Counted from the whole stretch's first letter, positions 29,660 through 39,359 are shown. The stretch: 60,125 nucleotides of DNA, filler included, from 3 parts of 3 records of this genome joined end to end with filler, not necessarily neighbours in it, one strand, 5' to 3'. Program-made: numbers and translations. Notes: generated by a model not told the origin, from the sequence alone.

Positions 29660-30328
29660 ATGACTTACACATATCAATATCCCCATCCTGCGGTCACCAC
29701 CGATATTGTCATTTTTTCCGTGAGAGAAAATGCATTACAGCTATTGCTGATCAAACGTGGCGGTGAACCCTATAAAGGATCATGGGCTTTGCCCGGCGGT
29801 TTTGTAAAGCTGGACGAAAGCGTGGACGCCTGCGCGAAGCGTGAGCTTGCAGAAGAAGCTGGCCTTCAGGATGTATATCTTGAGCAGCTTTACACCTTTG
29901 GCAAGGTGGATCGTGACCCGCGCGAACGCGTAATAAGCGTTGCTTATTATACACTTACGCCGTCTGAGCATCTGCTACCTGAAGCAGGAACGGACGCGGC
30001 CGAAGTGGCTTGGTTCCCGATCTCCGAACTGCCGGAACTGGCATTCGACCATACGGAAATCATCAATGTGGCTCGTAAACGCTTGGCCGCAAAGATGGAA
30101 TATTCCACCATCGGCCTGCAATTTATGGCAGAGGAATTCACCCTGTCGCAGCTTCAGATCGTTTATGAGCAGGCTACGGGCAAAGAACTCGACAAACGCA
30201 ACTTCCGCAAATGGATTCTCTCGCTGGACCTGATCAAGGAAACCGGCAAGAAATACGCGGCCGGCGCACACCGCCCTGCCATGCTTTACAGCATCAAAGA
30301 CCGCGACAGCGTTGAAATCATTCGCTAA
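29660..30328 (+). CDS. nrtR: NrtR-family NUDIX + winged-helix transcriptional regulator
   Basis: WALPGGF, intact Nudix box, LEQLYTF...RDPR, LAFDH; C-terminal FTLSQLQ...LDKRNFRK...HRPAMLY wHTH. Confidence 0.88.
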   Translation: MTYTYQYPHPAVTTDIVIFSVRENALQLLLIKRGGEPYKGSWALPGGFVKLDESVDACAKRELAEEAGLQDVYLEQLYTFGKVDRDPRERVISVAYYTLTPSEHLLPEAGTDAAEVAWFPISELPELAFDHTEIINVARKRLAAKMEYSTIGLQFMAEEFTLSQLQIVYEQATGKELDKRNFRKWILSLDLIKETGKKYAAGAHRPAMLYSIKDRDSVEIIR

Positions 30329-30400
30329 GGCGCTAGCAACCGCTTGCGCCCCGGCGTCCCCCTTCCTATGTTCATAAGAGCGATAAAAACGGGGTGACGC

Positions 30401-30964
30401 GTGAAAAAGAAGCTACCGGAAATCATGGAAGACATGCGCCAGGCCCTGCTTGGACGCAAGAAAGACCACAGCTGGGGTACAAGCGCCAGCGACGCCTATT
30501 CCGCCACCATGGACGGCATAAAAGGCTTTAGTTCTGATACACTTAGCAAAACCGCAGAGCGCTTCAACGAGGCCCTGCCCTATATTGAGCGCGCGGGCTA
30601 TGACGTAACCGAAATTGAAGTCGGGCTCGGCCTTTCCCCCAAAGTGGTGCCGCACCTGCGCCTGAGGGAGCTGATCAGCGACGACGAGGAACGCGCACTG
30701 CTGTTTGAAACCCGCGAAAAAAAGCTGATCAACACCATCCTCAACTCGCTCTTCCGCGCCAGTGGCACCCGTAAGAACCTGAAATTCAACAAGTTTCACT
30801 TCACAGACATTGAGCTTGAGCTCAGCATCCTGCCCACCGTTGTGCTGAAGTTTAAACCCAACGCCGCCCACCAGCCGGTGCCTGATATCGAAGAAGAGGT
30901 CGAGGGTGACCCGCTTGCGCTCGCCGCCCCTGGGGATGATCAGACGGGCAATACAGACATCTGA
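30401..30964 (+). CDS. Hypothetical protein
   Basis: 187-aa ORF with host-like codon usage; EALPYIERAGYDVTEIEVGLGLSPKV core; acidic tail. Confidence 0.75.
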   Translation: MKKKLPEIMEDMRQALLGRKKDHSWGTSASDAYSATMDGIKGFSSDTLSKTAERFNEALPYIERAGYDVTEIEVGLGLSPKVVPHLRLRELISDDEERALLFETREKKLINTILNSLFRASGTRKNLKFNKFHFTDIELELSILPTVVLKFKPNAAHQPVPDIEEEVEGDPLALAAPGDDQTGNTDI

Positions 30965-31011
30965 GCGGCATCTGAGTGGCATCTGAGTGGCGCTGAACGG
31001 CATCTGAGCCG
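30958..31011. repeat. 11-bp tandem repeat CATCTGAG(C/T)GG, about 5 units (one degenerate)
   Basis: catctgagcgg catctgagtgg catctgagtgg cgctgaacgg catctgagccg, overlapping the stop codon of 30401..30964. Confidence 0.85.
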
Positions 31012-31120
31012 CCACCAATCGCCCCACATCTGTAGGCAAAAGTGTGACGGTTTCTGTGGCGCGGGTGTGGCGGTGATTTTCCCCGCCTTTTTCAGCGCAA
31101 CCGCTTGATAAGCATCATGA

Positions 31121-31157
31121 AAAATGCCCCAACACCATCTCTGGCACTGGGGCATTT
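31121..31157. terminator. Hairpin between convergent genes
   Basis: aaatgcccca...tggggcattt 10-bp arms. Confidence 0.55.
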
Positions 31158-31202
31158 AAAATGTCTCACTGGTGTGGCGCATTCGCGCCCAACCAATATG
31201 GC

Positions 31203-31733
31203 TTATTTTGCAGCAGTCCGCGAAAAGCGTTTGCTGATTTCCTGTGAACGCTCAAGCGCCATGTAGCTATCGAACAGAAGTTCCATGCCTGCCACGGTTG
31301 TTGCTTCAGCTTCCAGGTCTGCTTCCGCGCCTTCACCAGCAGCCGGAGCCACGTCGGAGAGAACATCACCAGACATCGCATCAAGCGCATCGCTAAACTG
31401 GCTCTGCACATTTGCGAAAATACGATTGCTTTCCGCTACACCGGCTTGAAGAGCAGCAAGCTCGTCACCCGTTGCACCATCATCAATCGCGCCCTGGAAA
31501 CAGGTGTGTGAACGCTCCGCAGCATCCATCACCTCTTTAAAGGCCATTGTCGTTTCAACGATACGCTTTTCCGGTGTCAGGCCCTCAGCACCCTCAACCG
31601 TTGGCATGCCCGCGCTATAGTCAGACATGGGCGCCAAACATGCGCTCGCTTCAGATTCGTCAGCGGCAGAAACTGCACCAAAAGATACAGCTGTCATTGC
31701 CAAACCGGCGATCAAAGTAAATTGCGGTTTCAT
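31203..31733 (-). CDS. Secreted alpha-helical hypothetical protein
   Basis: Signal peptide MKPQFTLIAGLAMTAVSFGAVSA; RBS gaggga; two Cys. Confidence 0.75.
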   Translation of the reverse strand: MKPQFTLIAGLAMTAVSFGAVSAADESEASACLAPMSDYSAGMPTVEGAEGLTPEKRIVETTMAFKEVMDAAERSHTCFQGAIDDGATGDELAALQAGVAESNRIFANVQSQFSDALDAMSGDVLSDVAPAAGEGAEADLEAEATTVAGMELLFDSYMALERSQEISKRFSRTAAK

Positions 31734-31891
31734 TACACTTCCCTCTATCAAATACCGCCCCACAACAGCTTGAGACTGCCGCATTTTAAAATTAAATGCA
31801 ATTTTACTTTAATTATAGGCATTAGAGGTGGCAGAGCGTTGCACGAAAGCAACGCAGGACGAGACCATGTTTCACCGCGCCAAAAGCACGG

Positions 31892-32656
31892 CTAGAGAAT
31901 GCCAAGCTCAACAAAAACATCCGCTACGTCATCGGCAAAATTGGCGCCTTTCCTAAGCACAGGCACGCTTTCCGGCAGGTCCTTGAACTTTTCTTTCTGG
32001 CTTGTGGCAATCAGCGCCACGGGGATATCTCGCGTTGTCGGCATGGCCTTCAAGGCACACGCCAGGTCAATGCCTGAAAGCTCCGGCATCACGCGGGAGA
32101 CGATCACCGCATCCGGCCGCATGGAGGGAATCAGTTGAATAGCATCCATGGTGGAAGCCACGTTGATCATGCGGTAACCGCATTCCAGTAGCTCGCGGGT
32201 GACAATCTTGGTCGCCGTGCCCGGCTCCATCACCAGCATCACCTCAATGTCCGTTACCGTCACGTCACCAACGTTGAAGCCGCCCTTGTTGGGCAGCTTG
32301 CGCATCAGCTGCGAGATATCAATCTCGCGCCCGTTGATGAAGGCATCAAGGCATTCGGCCATACGGTCTGCATAAAAGTGGATATCGCGGCACGATTCGG
32401 GCGTCAGCTCCGACATATTGAAGAAATAATCCTCAAACCGGTGGCACATCACCTTCAGCGCTTTCATCTCAAAGCTGGCCGCCACGGTTTTCAGGGAATG
32501 CGCCTCAAGGCGAATGGTCGCCAGCGCATGCTCACCCAGCACACGGCCTGCCTGATATTCGCTCACCGCTTCATTCAGGTTATGAAGCCGGTCCTCAACC
32601 GTATCAATGGCTTCGGTGCGTAATTCTTCAACAAGGTTATTATCTAGTGTCGACAT
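31892..32656 (-). CDS. Hpt domain + receiver domain protein
   Basis: RLEAHSLKTVA Hpt motif; C-terminal REC-like fold (VMLVME...PDAVIVSRVMPELSGIDL...TRDIPV). Confidence 0.8.
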   Translation of the reverse strand: MSTLDNNLVEELRTEAIDTVEDRLHNLNEAVSEYQAGRVLGEHALATIRLEAHSLKTVAASFEMKALKVMCHRFEDYFFNMSELTPESCRDIHFYADRMAECLDAFINGREIDISQLMRKLPNKGGFNVGDVTVTDIEVMLVMEPGTATKIVTRELLECGYRMINVASTMDAIQLIPSMRPDAVIVSRVMPELSGIDLACALKAMPTTRDIPVALIATSQKEKFKDLPESVPVLRKGANFADDVADVFVELGIL

Positions 32657-32777
32657 CGTCTGCCCTTAATGACTTCGCTACATATGTTTTGGCACAGAAA
32701 TGGTTACCCGAGCGTTAGCATTTCCTGAATGTTTTCCCAAGGGCCAGAAAAATATTATAGGATTTGCCAAACAGCGC

Positions 32778-32805
32778 TTGACTTATGGGGGGTGATCAGT
32801 ATTTT
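32778..32805 (+). promoter_or_regulatory. Sigma70-type promoter of rpmG
   Basis: TTGACT-N16-TATTTT followed by GC-rich gcgccc. Confidence 0.5.
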
Positions 32806-32864
32806 GCGCCCACTGAGCGGTTGCATGAGGCAGCCGGCAACACTGTTTTCTTGGAGTGAATAAG

Positions 32865-33032
32865 ATGGCTAAGCCGTCCAGCATCAAAATCAAGCTGGTT
32901 AGCACCGCGGATACCGGCTACTTCTACGTGACCAAGAAGAATCCGCGCACGATGACCGAGAAAATGGTCCTGCGCAAGTACGACCCGGTTGTTCGTAAGC
33001 ACGTAGAATTCAAGGAAGCCAAGATTAAATAA
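32865..33032 (+). CDS. rpmG: 50S ribosomal protein L33 (Cys-free form)
   Basis: Below the ORF-track size cutoff; [55 protein letters not shown]. Confidence 0.98.
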   Translation: MAKPSSIKIKLVSTADTGYFYVTKKNPRTMTEKMVLRKYDPVVRKHVEFKEAKIK

Positions 33033-33057
33033 TCTAGGTTTTCCGACAAGTATAGAG

Positions 33058-33091
33058 AAACGCCGCGCCTTCACGGGCTGCGGCGTTTTTT
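33058..33091 (+). terminator. Rho-independent terminator after rpmG
   Basis: aaacgccgc-gcc...ggc-t-gcggcgttt followed by a T run. Confidence 0.85.
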
Positions 33092-33117
33092 ATATTGGAT
33101 GCCCGGCCGCTATTGAT

Positions 33118-34470
33118 TTAGCCACCAATATGAACGGGCACCAGTTCCTCTCCACCCTCAGGTGGATGGTCCTCATCCGATTTCAAGAGCTTGGGCGCTG
33201 GTGGCACCCAAACACGTAGATGTTCGCCTGCTTCATGATAGAAATCCTCTACCGCAGAATTGAGACCTTCAAGGAAGGTTTTACTTCCCGAAAATTTTCC
33301 CGCCAAATCGCGTACCAGCATCACCTCGAACCGACTTGGTACCAACCCAGGGTTTTCGCATTGTAACGCCGCAGGGTCTTCTCTAAGGATTTCAAGACTT
33401 TTGGCCGTATCTTTGACCCGACTAGGCCATTTCGCAACAATCTGAAGCGCACCATTCTCCGTCTTTGCAAGTTGACGTGTCAGCCAATTAACGCGCGCCT
33501 TCGTGGTCTTTTTATCTGTCGGTGCTGCAACCTCCATAGAACAGCAAACGACCCTTCTAGCGAGGTCTGCGGTTACCTGAAGATCATTTGCTGCGTCAGG
33601 GACCTCAAACTTACAACTTAAACTTTGGCCTTCTACAAAATCCGCGCAATCGTCCTTCAATCTTAACTCGGCATCATTCTTATGGGCGGGCTTCAGCCGA
33701 ACAGAAACAGGTGCTTTTAGTTTGCGAGTAAGCAGCAAGGAAATATCGCGCTGTTCCTGATACCAAGCCCCTATCGTCTTAACAACGTCATCTGAATTCT
33801 TGTTTAAACGGCCTCCGTTTTTGACGGCCAAGCAGACAGTTTTCCACTCAGCATTCATCGCATCAAACGACTTCACACCGGCACTTGGGTGCATAAAATA
33901 ACGTACAAATTCGTTGAGAATATACCGTTGCTCTGGATCGATATCTTGAAGGACATCTAGCTGGTAAATCGCCTGAGTTCTCAGGGCCATCCAAGACCAA
34001 TGGTAGAGCCCTACTGATCGGGTAGCAACTTTAGGAACTTTGATTGGATGGTGAGTTGGAAGCGCGACAAACTGATTTGAGATTGTTATTACCGCATCAA
34101 TTTTATTGAGCTTGGCGAGGGCAAGATACTTCTGCACTTGCTCTTCATTCAGTTGTGCATTTCCGACCTTTGCTTCTACCAGCGCCGACCAAACGCGCTT
34201 GCCAGTCCTCAACACTATCAAGCCATCTGGCCTATCTAACTTGCCAGACGCTTGGGGAAGAACGACCTCAGTATAACAACTGAGCTGACTTCTAGCCCCT
34301 ATCTTTTGCCCAACCGAAGCAAGCATAGCGCTGGCGAACTGTTCAACCACCGACATTGTAGCAAGGAGAATTGAGGTAGCCCGACACTCCACATTCTTCT
34401 CACTGCCAACGGGTATAAGTCTTGCCACCTCTCCCCGAACCAAGTTGATCGACGTTCCTTCAATATTCAT
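33118..34470 (-). CDS. Putative PD-(D/E)XK nuclease-domain protein
   Basis: TEV...DRPDGLI...WSALVEAKVG...EQVQKYL...ITISNQF; more A/T-rich than its neighbours; start 34470 or 34494. Confidence 0.7.
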   Translation of the reverse strand: MNIEGTSINLVRGEVARLIPVGSEKNVECRATSILLATMSVVEQFASAMLASVGQKIGARSQLSCYTEVVLPQASGKLDRPDGLIVLRTGKRVWSALVEAKVGNAQLNEEQVQKYLALAKLNKIDAVITISNQFVALPTHHPIKVPKVATRSVGLYHWSWMALRTQAIYQLDVLQDIDPEQRYILNEFVRYFMHPSAGVKSFDAMNAEWKTVCLAVKNGGRLNKNSDDVVKTIGAWYQEQRDISLLLTRKLKAPVSVRLKPAHKNDAELRLKDDCADFVEGQSLSCKFEVPDAANDLQVTADLARRVVCCSMEVAAPTDKKTTKARVNWLTRQLAKTENGALQIVAKWPSRVKDTAKSLEILREDPAALQCENPGLVPSRFEVMLVRDLAGKFSGSKTFLEGLNSAVEDFYHEAGEHLRVWVPPAPKLLKSDEDHPPEGGEELVPVHIGG

Positions 34471-34563
34471 GCCCAGCCCCTGTATCAGATACACTTTCGC
34501 ATCAAATCTTCTAACAGAGGTGGCTTAGTGTCAACTTAATGGTGTTCGACACCTTTATAGAGC

Positions 34564-34938
34564 TTACCACAACATGGTCTGTGGATCATCAACCGGCTCA
34601 TTGTTAATAGCAAGCATCAGGCCTTTCACCACCCTGATCACGGTCCAGAGCGCCCACCAGGCGAGGATAAGATAGCCGATGAGTACAAGCGAGAGGATGC
34701 CGCCCACAATGATGGTGGCAAGGCCAAGCCAAAAGGTACGCACCTGGTAGTCAAAATGCGTGCGCCAGACGGGGTCGTGTGTGGCTTTTGAATGCGCCAT
34801 GGCCACGCCCACCACGGCGGTGATGCCGGCTGCGAAGCCAACCAGATACAGAACATAGATGATAATGGCGGTGGTGCGGTCTTTATCTTCCGCCGGGCTT
34901 CTTGGGCCATTTCCCGGCCCCATGTCATAGTCGCTCAT
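34564..34938 (-). CDS. DUF4870-like membrane protein
   Basis: IIYVLYL...THFDYQVRTFW...IRVVKGL; 3 TMs. Confidence 0.8.
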   Translation of the reverse strand: MSDYDMGPGNGPRSPAEDKDRTTAIIIYVLYLVGFAAGITAVVGVAMAHSKATHDPVWRTHFDYQVRTFWLGLATIIVGGILSLVLIGYLILAWWALWTVIRVVKGLMLAINNEPVDDPQTMLW

Positions 34939-35017
34939 TGTGTTCCCCCACATGAAATGAATTGAAAGTAACTCGGAACACAGATGTTTAGGCTACTGTT
35001 TAGGCGATCAGCGCCGC

Positions 35018-36400
35018 TCAGGCGCTTTCCTGCCCCGCGATGATCACACGGTTGCGGCCACCCGACTTGGCGGCGTAGAGCGCCTTGTCTGCCGCGTCAA
35101 GCAGGGCTGCCGGGTTGTGCATGGCCCCGCTTGTTGCCACCCCGATGGAAACCGATATCTGCACCGGGCCGTCTGGCGCGCCCACATCAAACGGGTTTTC
35201 CGCTACTTCCTGGCGCAACCGGTCCCCGATCATGAAGGCCCAGTCGGTTGGTGTTTCAGGCATCATCACCACAAATTCTTCACCGCCGTAGCGCGCCGCC
35301 AAATCCACCCCGCGGATATTTTTGGCGATACGGTTGGCAAACTCCTTCAGCACCAGATCACCCACCGCGTGGCCGTAGGTGTCGTTCACCTTCTTGAAGT
35401 GGTCGATATCCATCATCAGCACAGAAAGCGGCTTGCCGGAGCTTTGTGCCGCCTGCAGGCGGGTTTCAAGGTGGCTGGTAAGATAGTGCCGGTTATAAAG
35501 CCCGGTGACAGCGTCCGTGGTGGCAAGCTGCATGGAGAGGTGGAAGTTTTCCCATAGTTTGTCGGCGTAGCGCTTGCGCTTAAGCTGGGTTTTCACCCGC
35601 GCGAGAAATTCCATGCGGTCAACCGGGCGCACTACATAGTCGTTCACGCCCATCTCAAGCGCGCGCACCAGCAGTTTGGTATTGCCGTCATCCACCATCA
35701 CAAGGATGGGCACATGGCGGGTTTCCTCAAACGAGCGGAGCTTGGAGCAGACCCGAAGGCCGTCTGTGTTGCGCATGGTGAGCGACACGATGATCAGGTC
35801 GAAGTTTTTCTCCCGCGCGCGGTCTGCCGCGTCTTCCCCGCCGTTCATGAAGGTAAGGTCACCCACACCGTCAAGCGCGCGGGCGATGCGTTCCATCACC
35901 CGTTCCTGCTCGTCCACAATAAGGATGGCGCCGTCTGTTGGCACGGCAGTATCGAACGGTATTTCTTCTTCATTTTCCCAGCCAAGGCTTGCGCCTGTGG
36001 TTTCGCGGTTTCTCAACTCGTCCATCATCACCTTGAGACGCACAAGCGAGCGCACCCGCGCGAAAAGCGCGAGGTCTTGTACCGGTTTGGTAAGGAAATC
36101 ATCCGCGCCAGCCTCAAGCCCGGCCACACGGTCAGACGGCTGGTCAAGCGCTGTGACCATCACAACGGGGATATGGGCGGTGGCGCTGTCTGCCTTGATA
36201 CGGCGACAGACCTCAAAGCCGTCCATGCCAGGCATCATCACGTCCAGCAGGATAATATCAGGGTGTTCGCGGCTGATAACGTCCAACGCTTCGGGCCCGC
36301 TAAACGCGGTCAGAACGTCGAAATACTCACTCGTGAGCTTAGCTTCGAGCAGCTTGACGTTCGGCGGAACATCATCAACTACCAGCACCCGCGCTGTCAT
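35018..36400 (-). CDS. pleD: PleD response regulator diguanylate cyclase
   Basis: MTARVLVVDD; two REC domains; RGVD I-site with RYGGEEF; downstream of divK. Confidence 0.96.
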   Translation of the reverse strand: MTARVLVVDDVPPNVKLLEAKLTSEYFDVLTAFSGPEALDVISREHPDIILLDVMMPGMDGFEVCRRIKADSATAHIPVVMVTALDQPSDRVAGLEAGADDFLTKPVQDLALFARVRSLVRLKVMMDELRNRETTGASLGWENEEEIPFDTAVPTDGAILIVDEQERVMERIARALDGVGDLTFMNGGEDAADRAREKNFDLIIVSLTMRNTDGLRVCSKLRSFEETRHVPILVMVDDGNTKLLVRALEMGVNDYVVRPVDRMEFLARVKTQLKRKRYADKLWENFHLSMQLATTDAVTGLYNRHYLTSHLETRLQAAQSSGKPLSVLMMDIDHFKKVNDTYGHAVGDLVLKEFANRIAKNIRGVDLAARYGGEEFVVMMPETPTDWAFMIGDRLRQEVAENPFDVGAPDGPVQISVSIGVATSGAMHNPAALLDAADKALYAAKSGGRNRVIIAGQESA

Positions 36401-36407
36401 CGGATTC

Positions 36408-36773
36408 CTATCCTACGAACTGTTTTACTGTCTCAAGGAAATGCCCAACTGAAATGGGCTTTGCGATATAGGCCTCGCAGCCCCCTTCCCTGATTTTTTC
36501 CTCGTCGCCCTTCATGGCAAAAGCCGTGACCGCAACAACAGGAATTTTGCGCAGGTCTTCGTCCTCCTTGAGCCATTTGGTGACTTCAAGGCCGGAGACC
36601 TCCGGAAGCTGAATGTCCATCAGAATGAGATCCGGATTATGTTCGCGTGCAAGGTCAAGTGCAGCCATGCCATCACGCGTTTGGATTGTCTCATAATCAT
36701 GAGCTTCCAAAAGGTCGCAAAACAACTTCATATTCAGCTCGTTGTCTTCGACGATCAGGATCTTCTTACCCAT
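36408..36773 (-). CDS. divK: Single-domain response regulator DivK
   Basis: [50 protein letters not shown]. Confidence 0.96.
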   Translation of the reverse strand: MGKKILIVEDNELNMKLFCDLLEAHDYETIQTRDGMAALDLAREHNPDLILMDIQLPEVSGLEVTKWLKEDEDLRKIPVVAVTAFAMKGDEEKIREGGCEAYIAKPISVGHFLETVKQFVG

Positions 36774-37002
36774 ACGCTTCCCCTAGCTCCTTATCGCTGG
36801 AGCAACTGTTTACCCTTAGCGGCAAATAATAGGCGTGCTTCTTATCAAAAGACAAGCCCGCTAAGGTATTTAAATAGAATTTTCGGTGGCGGTTCGATCA
36901 TTGTGACAAAAAAGCCATTTCATGTCTTGCTCAGCCTAACAATCGCATGGGAAAGTTAACTAAATACAAAAGACAAGTTGGAATATTTGGCGAGAGAATT
37001 TC

Positions 37003-37278
37003 ATGACAGTTGACTTTGCACAGGCTATCGCGCTCCGCGCCGCCGCGTTTATTTTCTCTGAAGATGAGCTGCGGGACAGGTTTATCGCGCTTTCAGGCGT
37101 GGGGGTTGATGACATTCGCGCCCGCATTGAAGACCAGGCCTTCCTTGCTTCACTTCTCGAATTTTTGATGGGCCATGAGCCCGACCTGATGGCATTCTCT
37201 TCCTATTCGGAAGAAAAGCCCGAGACCATCGTGAAAGCCTGGCGGGCTTTAGGTGGTGGTGAAGGGCAGGAATGGTAG
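37003..37278 (+). CDS. DUF3572 family protein
   Basis: AIALRA...RFIALSG...FLASLLEFLM; conserved position divergent from divK. Confidence 0.85.
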   Translation: MTVDFAQAIALRAAAFIFSEDELRDRFIALSGVGVDDIRARIEDQAFLASLLEFLMGHEPDLMAFSSYSEEKPETIVKAWRALGGGEGQEW

Positions 37279-37282
37279 GCAA

Positions 37283-37921
37283 GTGGACGCAGCAACCTTC
37301 AGCGCGCAGATAAACCCTTCAAGGCCGCTCCTTCTTTTGGATGCGGACGAGGTTTTGCTGCGCTTTGTTGAACACCTTGAAGCTTACCTGCCCTCGCGTG
37401 GGCATGAGCTTCGGCTCACAAGCTTCCAGCTTGGCGGCAATATCTTTGACCTGAGCACCGAAAAGCGTGCGGAAGGCGCGGTAGTGAAAGCCCTGATTGC
37501 CGGTTTTTTTGACGACTGCACCCATGATGTGCCGCTGGTGGACGGCGCGCGCGAAGCGCTGGATAGCCTGAAAGCGCACTATGATATCGCCGTGCTCTCC
37601 AACGTGCCGGACCGGTGCCGGGACGCCCGCGCCACCAACCTGCGTGGCCACGGGCTTGATGTGCCGGTGATTGCCAACCGGGGCGAAAAAGGCCCGGTGG
37701 CCGCCATGCTGGCCAGTGCCACGCGCAAGACCGTGGTGTTTGTGGATGACCTGCCACCGCAGCATGCCTCAGTGGCCGAGCACGCGCCCGATGTTCACCG
37801 CGTGCACTTCATTGCCGACCCGCGCCTTGGGCCGATGCTTGAAAAAGCAGAGCACGCCCATGTGCGCATTGATGACTGGCCCACGCTTGAGCGCCACCTC
37901 ATCACCCTCCTGGAAGGTTAG
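37283..37921 (+). CDS. HAD-superfamily hydrolase-like protein
   Basis: LLLDADEVL motif I, LSN, FVDD; GTG start at 37283 inferred. Confidence 0.75.
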   Translation: MDAATFSAQINPSRPLLLLDADEVLLRFVEHLEAYLPSRGHELRLTSFQLGGNIFDLSTEKRAEGAVVKALIAGFFDDCTHDVPLVDGAREALDSLKAHYDIAVLSNVPDRCRDARATNLRGHGLDVPVIANRGEKGPVAAMLASATRKTVVFVDDLPPQHASVAEHAPDVHRVHFIADPRLGPMLEKAEHAHVRIDDWPTLERHLITLLEG

Positions 37922-37925
37922 GCCG

Positions 37926-39269
37926 ATGACCGGGCCGGACGCGCATCTGGAAAACCAGGACGGGAGCGACGAGCATGCGCCGGTTTTGTGCCGGTCCTGC
38001 TTTCATATTTACCGCGCCAAAGGCCCCTGCCCCCAGTGCAACAAGCCGCGCCTTATCTCGCACAGGGAACTTCTCTCGCTCACCATCGCGCATCTGGACT
38101 GTGACGCCTTTTATGCCAGCATTGAAAAACGCGATAACCCAAAGCTGGCGTCCAAACCGCTGATCATTGGCGGCGCGAGTGGCCGCAGCGTGGTTTCCAC
38201 CTGCTGTTATATCGCGCGCATGAGCGGGGTACGTTCCGCCATGCCCATGTATAAAGCAAAAAAGCTGTGCCCGGACGCGGTGATCCTGCCGCCCAATATG
38301 GCGCTCTACCGCGAGGTAGGCCAGCAAGTGCGGGCGATGATGTTCGACCTCACCCCGCTTGTGGAACCGCTCTCCATCGATGAAGCTTTCATGGACCTCT
38401 CCGGCACGGAGCGCCTGCATCACGCGCCGCCTGCGGCCCAGCTCGCGCGGCTGGCGGCCACGATTGAGCGCGAGATTTGCATCACTGTCTCCATCGGCCT
38501 CGCGCCCAACAAGTTCCTCGCGAAACTGGCATCAGACATGGATAAACCCCGAGGTTTTACCGTGATTGGCGAGACTGACAAGATGCAAATTCTGGCGGGC
38601 CTGCCCATCACCCGCATTTACGGCATTGGCGCCAAAACCGCAAAAAACCTCGCGAAAGATGGCCTCTCTGAAATCGCACAGTTGCAGGAGATGGAAGAAG
38701 CCACGCTCATGCGGCGCTACGGCGAAACCGGGCTGAAGCTCTACCGGCTCGCGCGCGGCGTCGACCCCCGCAAGGTCAACATCAGCCAACCGGTAAAAAG
38801 TGTTTCCAGTGAACGCACGCTGGACCGCGACCTTGTGACCTTTGAGAGCCTTGAGGAGAAGCTCTGGCGGCTCTCGGACAATGTGTCCACCGACCTCAAG
38901 CGCAAGGAGCTTGCGGGGCTTACCATTACCCTCAAGCTCAAAACCAGCATGCACCGCATCATCACCCGCTCCCGCACGCTGGATGCGCCCACCCAGTTGG
39001 CTACCAATATCTTTGAGGTGGGCCAGCAGCTTTTGAAGCCGCTGGCGGACGGCACGCCTTACCGCCTGATTGGTATCGGGGTCAGCCATTTTCGCCCGCT
39101 GACAGAGGCTGACCAGCCTGACCTGATAGAACCTGCCCGCACCAAAAAACGCGTGGCAGAAAAAGCGATGGATGCGCTCAAGGGTCGTTTCGGCAGCTCG
39201 GCAATTATGAAGGGGCGCTCGATTGACGCGGCAAAAACTGCCCCAAATGATACAAACAAACGAAAATAA
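37926..39269 (+). CDS. dinB: DNA polymerase IV, alphaproteobacterial form with N-terminal CxxC-CxxC
   Basis: HLDCDAFYASIE, SIDEAF, NKFLAKLASD; N-terminal CRSC...CPQC; real start ATG 37926 (the track ORF is over-extended). Confidence 0.94.
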   Translation: MTGPDAHLENQDGSDEHAPVLCRSCFHIYRAKGPCPQCNKPRLISHRELLSLTIAHLDCDAFYASIEKRDNPKLASKPLIIGGASGRSVVSTCCYIARMSGVRSAMPMYKAKKLCPDAVILPPNMALYREVGQQVRAMMFDLTPLVEPLSIDEAFMDLSGTERLHHAPPAAQLARLAATIEREICITVSIGLAPNKFLAKLASDMDKPRGFTVIGETDKMQILAGLPITRIYGIGAKTAKNLAKDGLSEIAQLQEMEEATLMRRYGETGLKLYRLARGVDPRKVNISQPVKSVSSERTLDRDLVTFESLEEKLWRLSDNVSTDLKRKELAGLTITLKLKTSMHRIITRSRTLDAPTQLATNIFEVGQQLLKPLADGTPYRLIGIGVSHFRPLTEADQPDLIEPARTKKRVAEKAMDALKGRFGSSAIMKGRSIDAAKTAPNDTNKRK

Positions 39270-39305
39270 CCCTTTTATTTTCAATGCATTGATCTAATCA
39301 CATCA

Positions 39306-39321
39306 TGGCACGGCATTTGCT
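39306..39321 (+). promoter_or_regulatory. Sigma54 (-24/-12) promoter
   Basis: TGGCAC-GGCAT-TTGCT, an exact consensus match 24-39 nt upstream of the candidate GGDEF starts. Confidence 0.8.
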
Positions 39322-39359
39322 ACGTCTTCTTCAAACAACAGTCTGTGTTGGAGAAGAGT

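Noticed and set aside
37671..37925. N-terminal extension of DinB (532-aa version)
   Set aside because: Overlaps the HAD gene in another frame; ATG 37926 just after its stop is the plausible start
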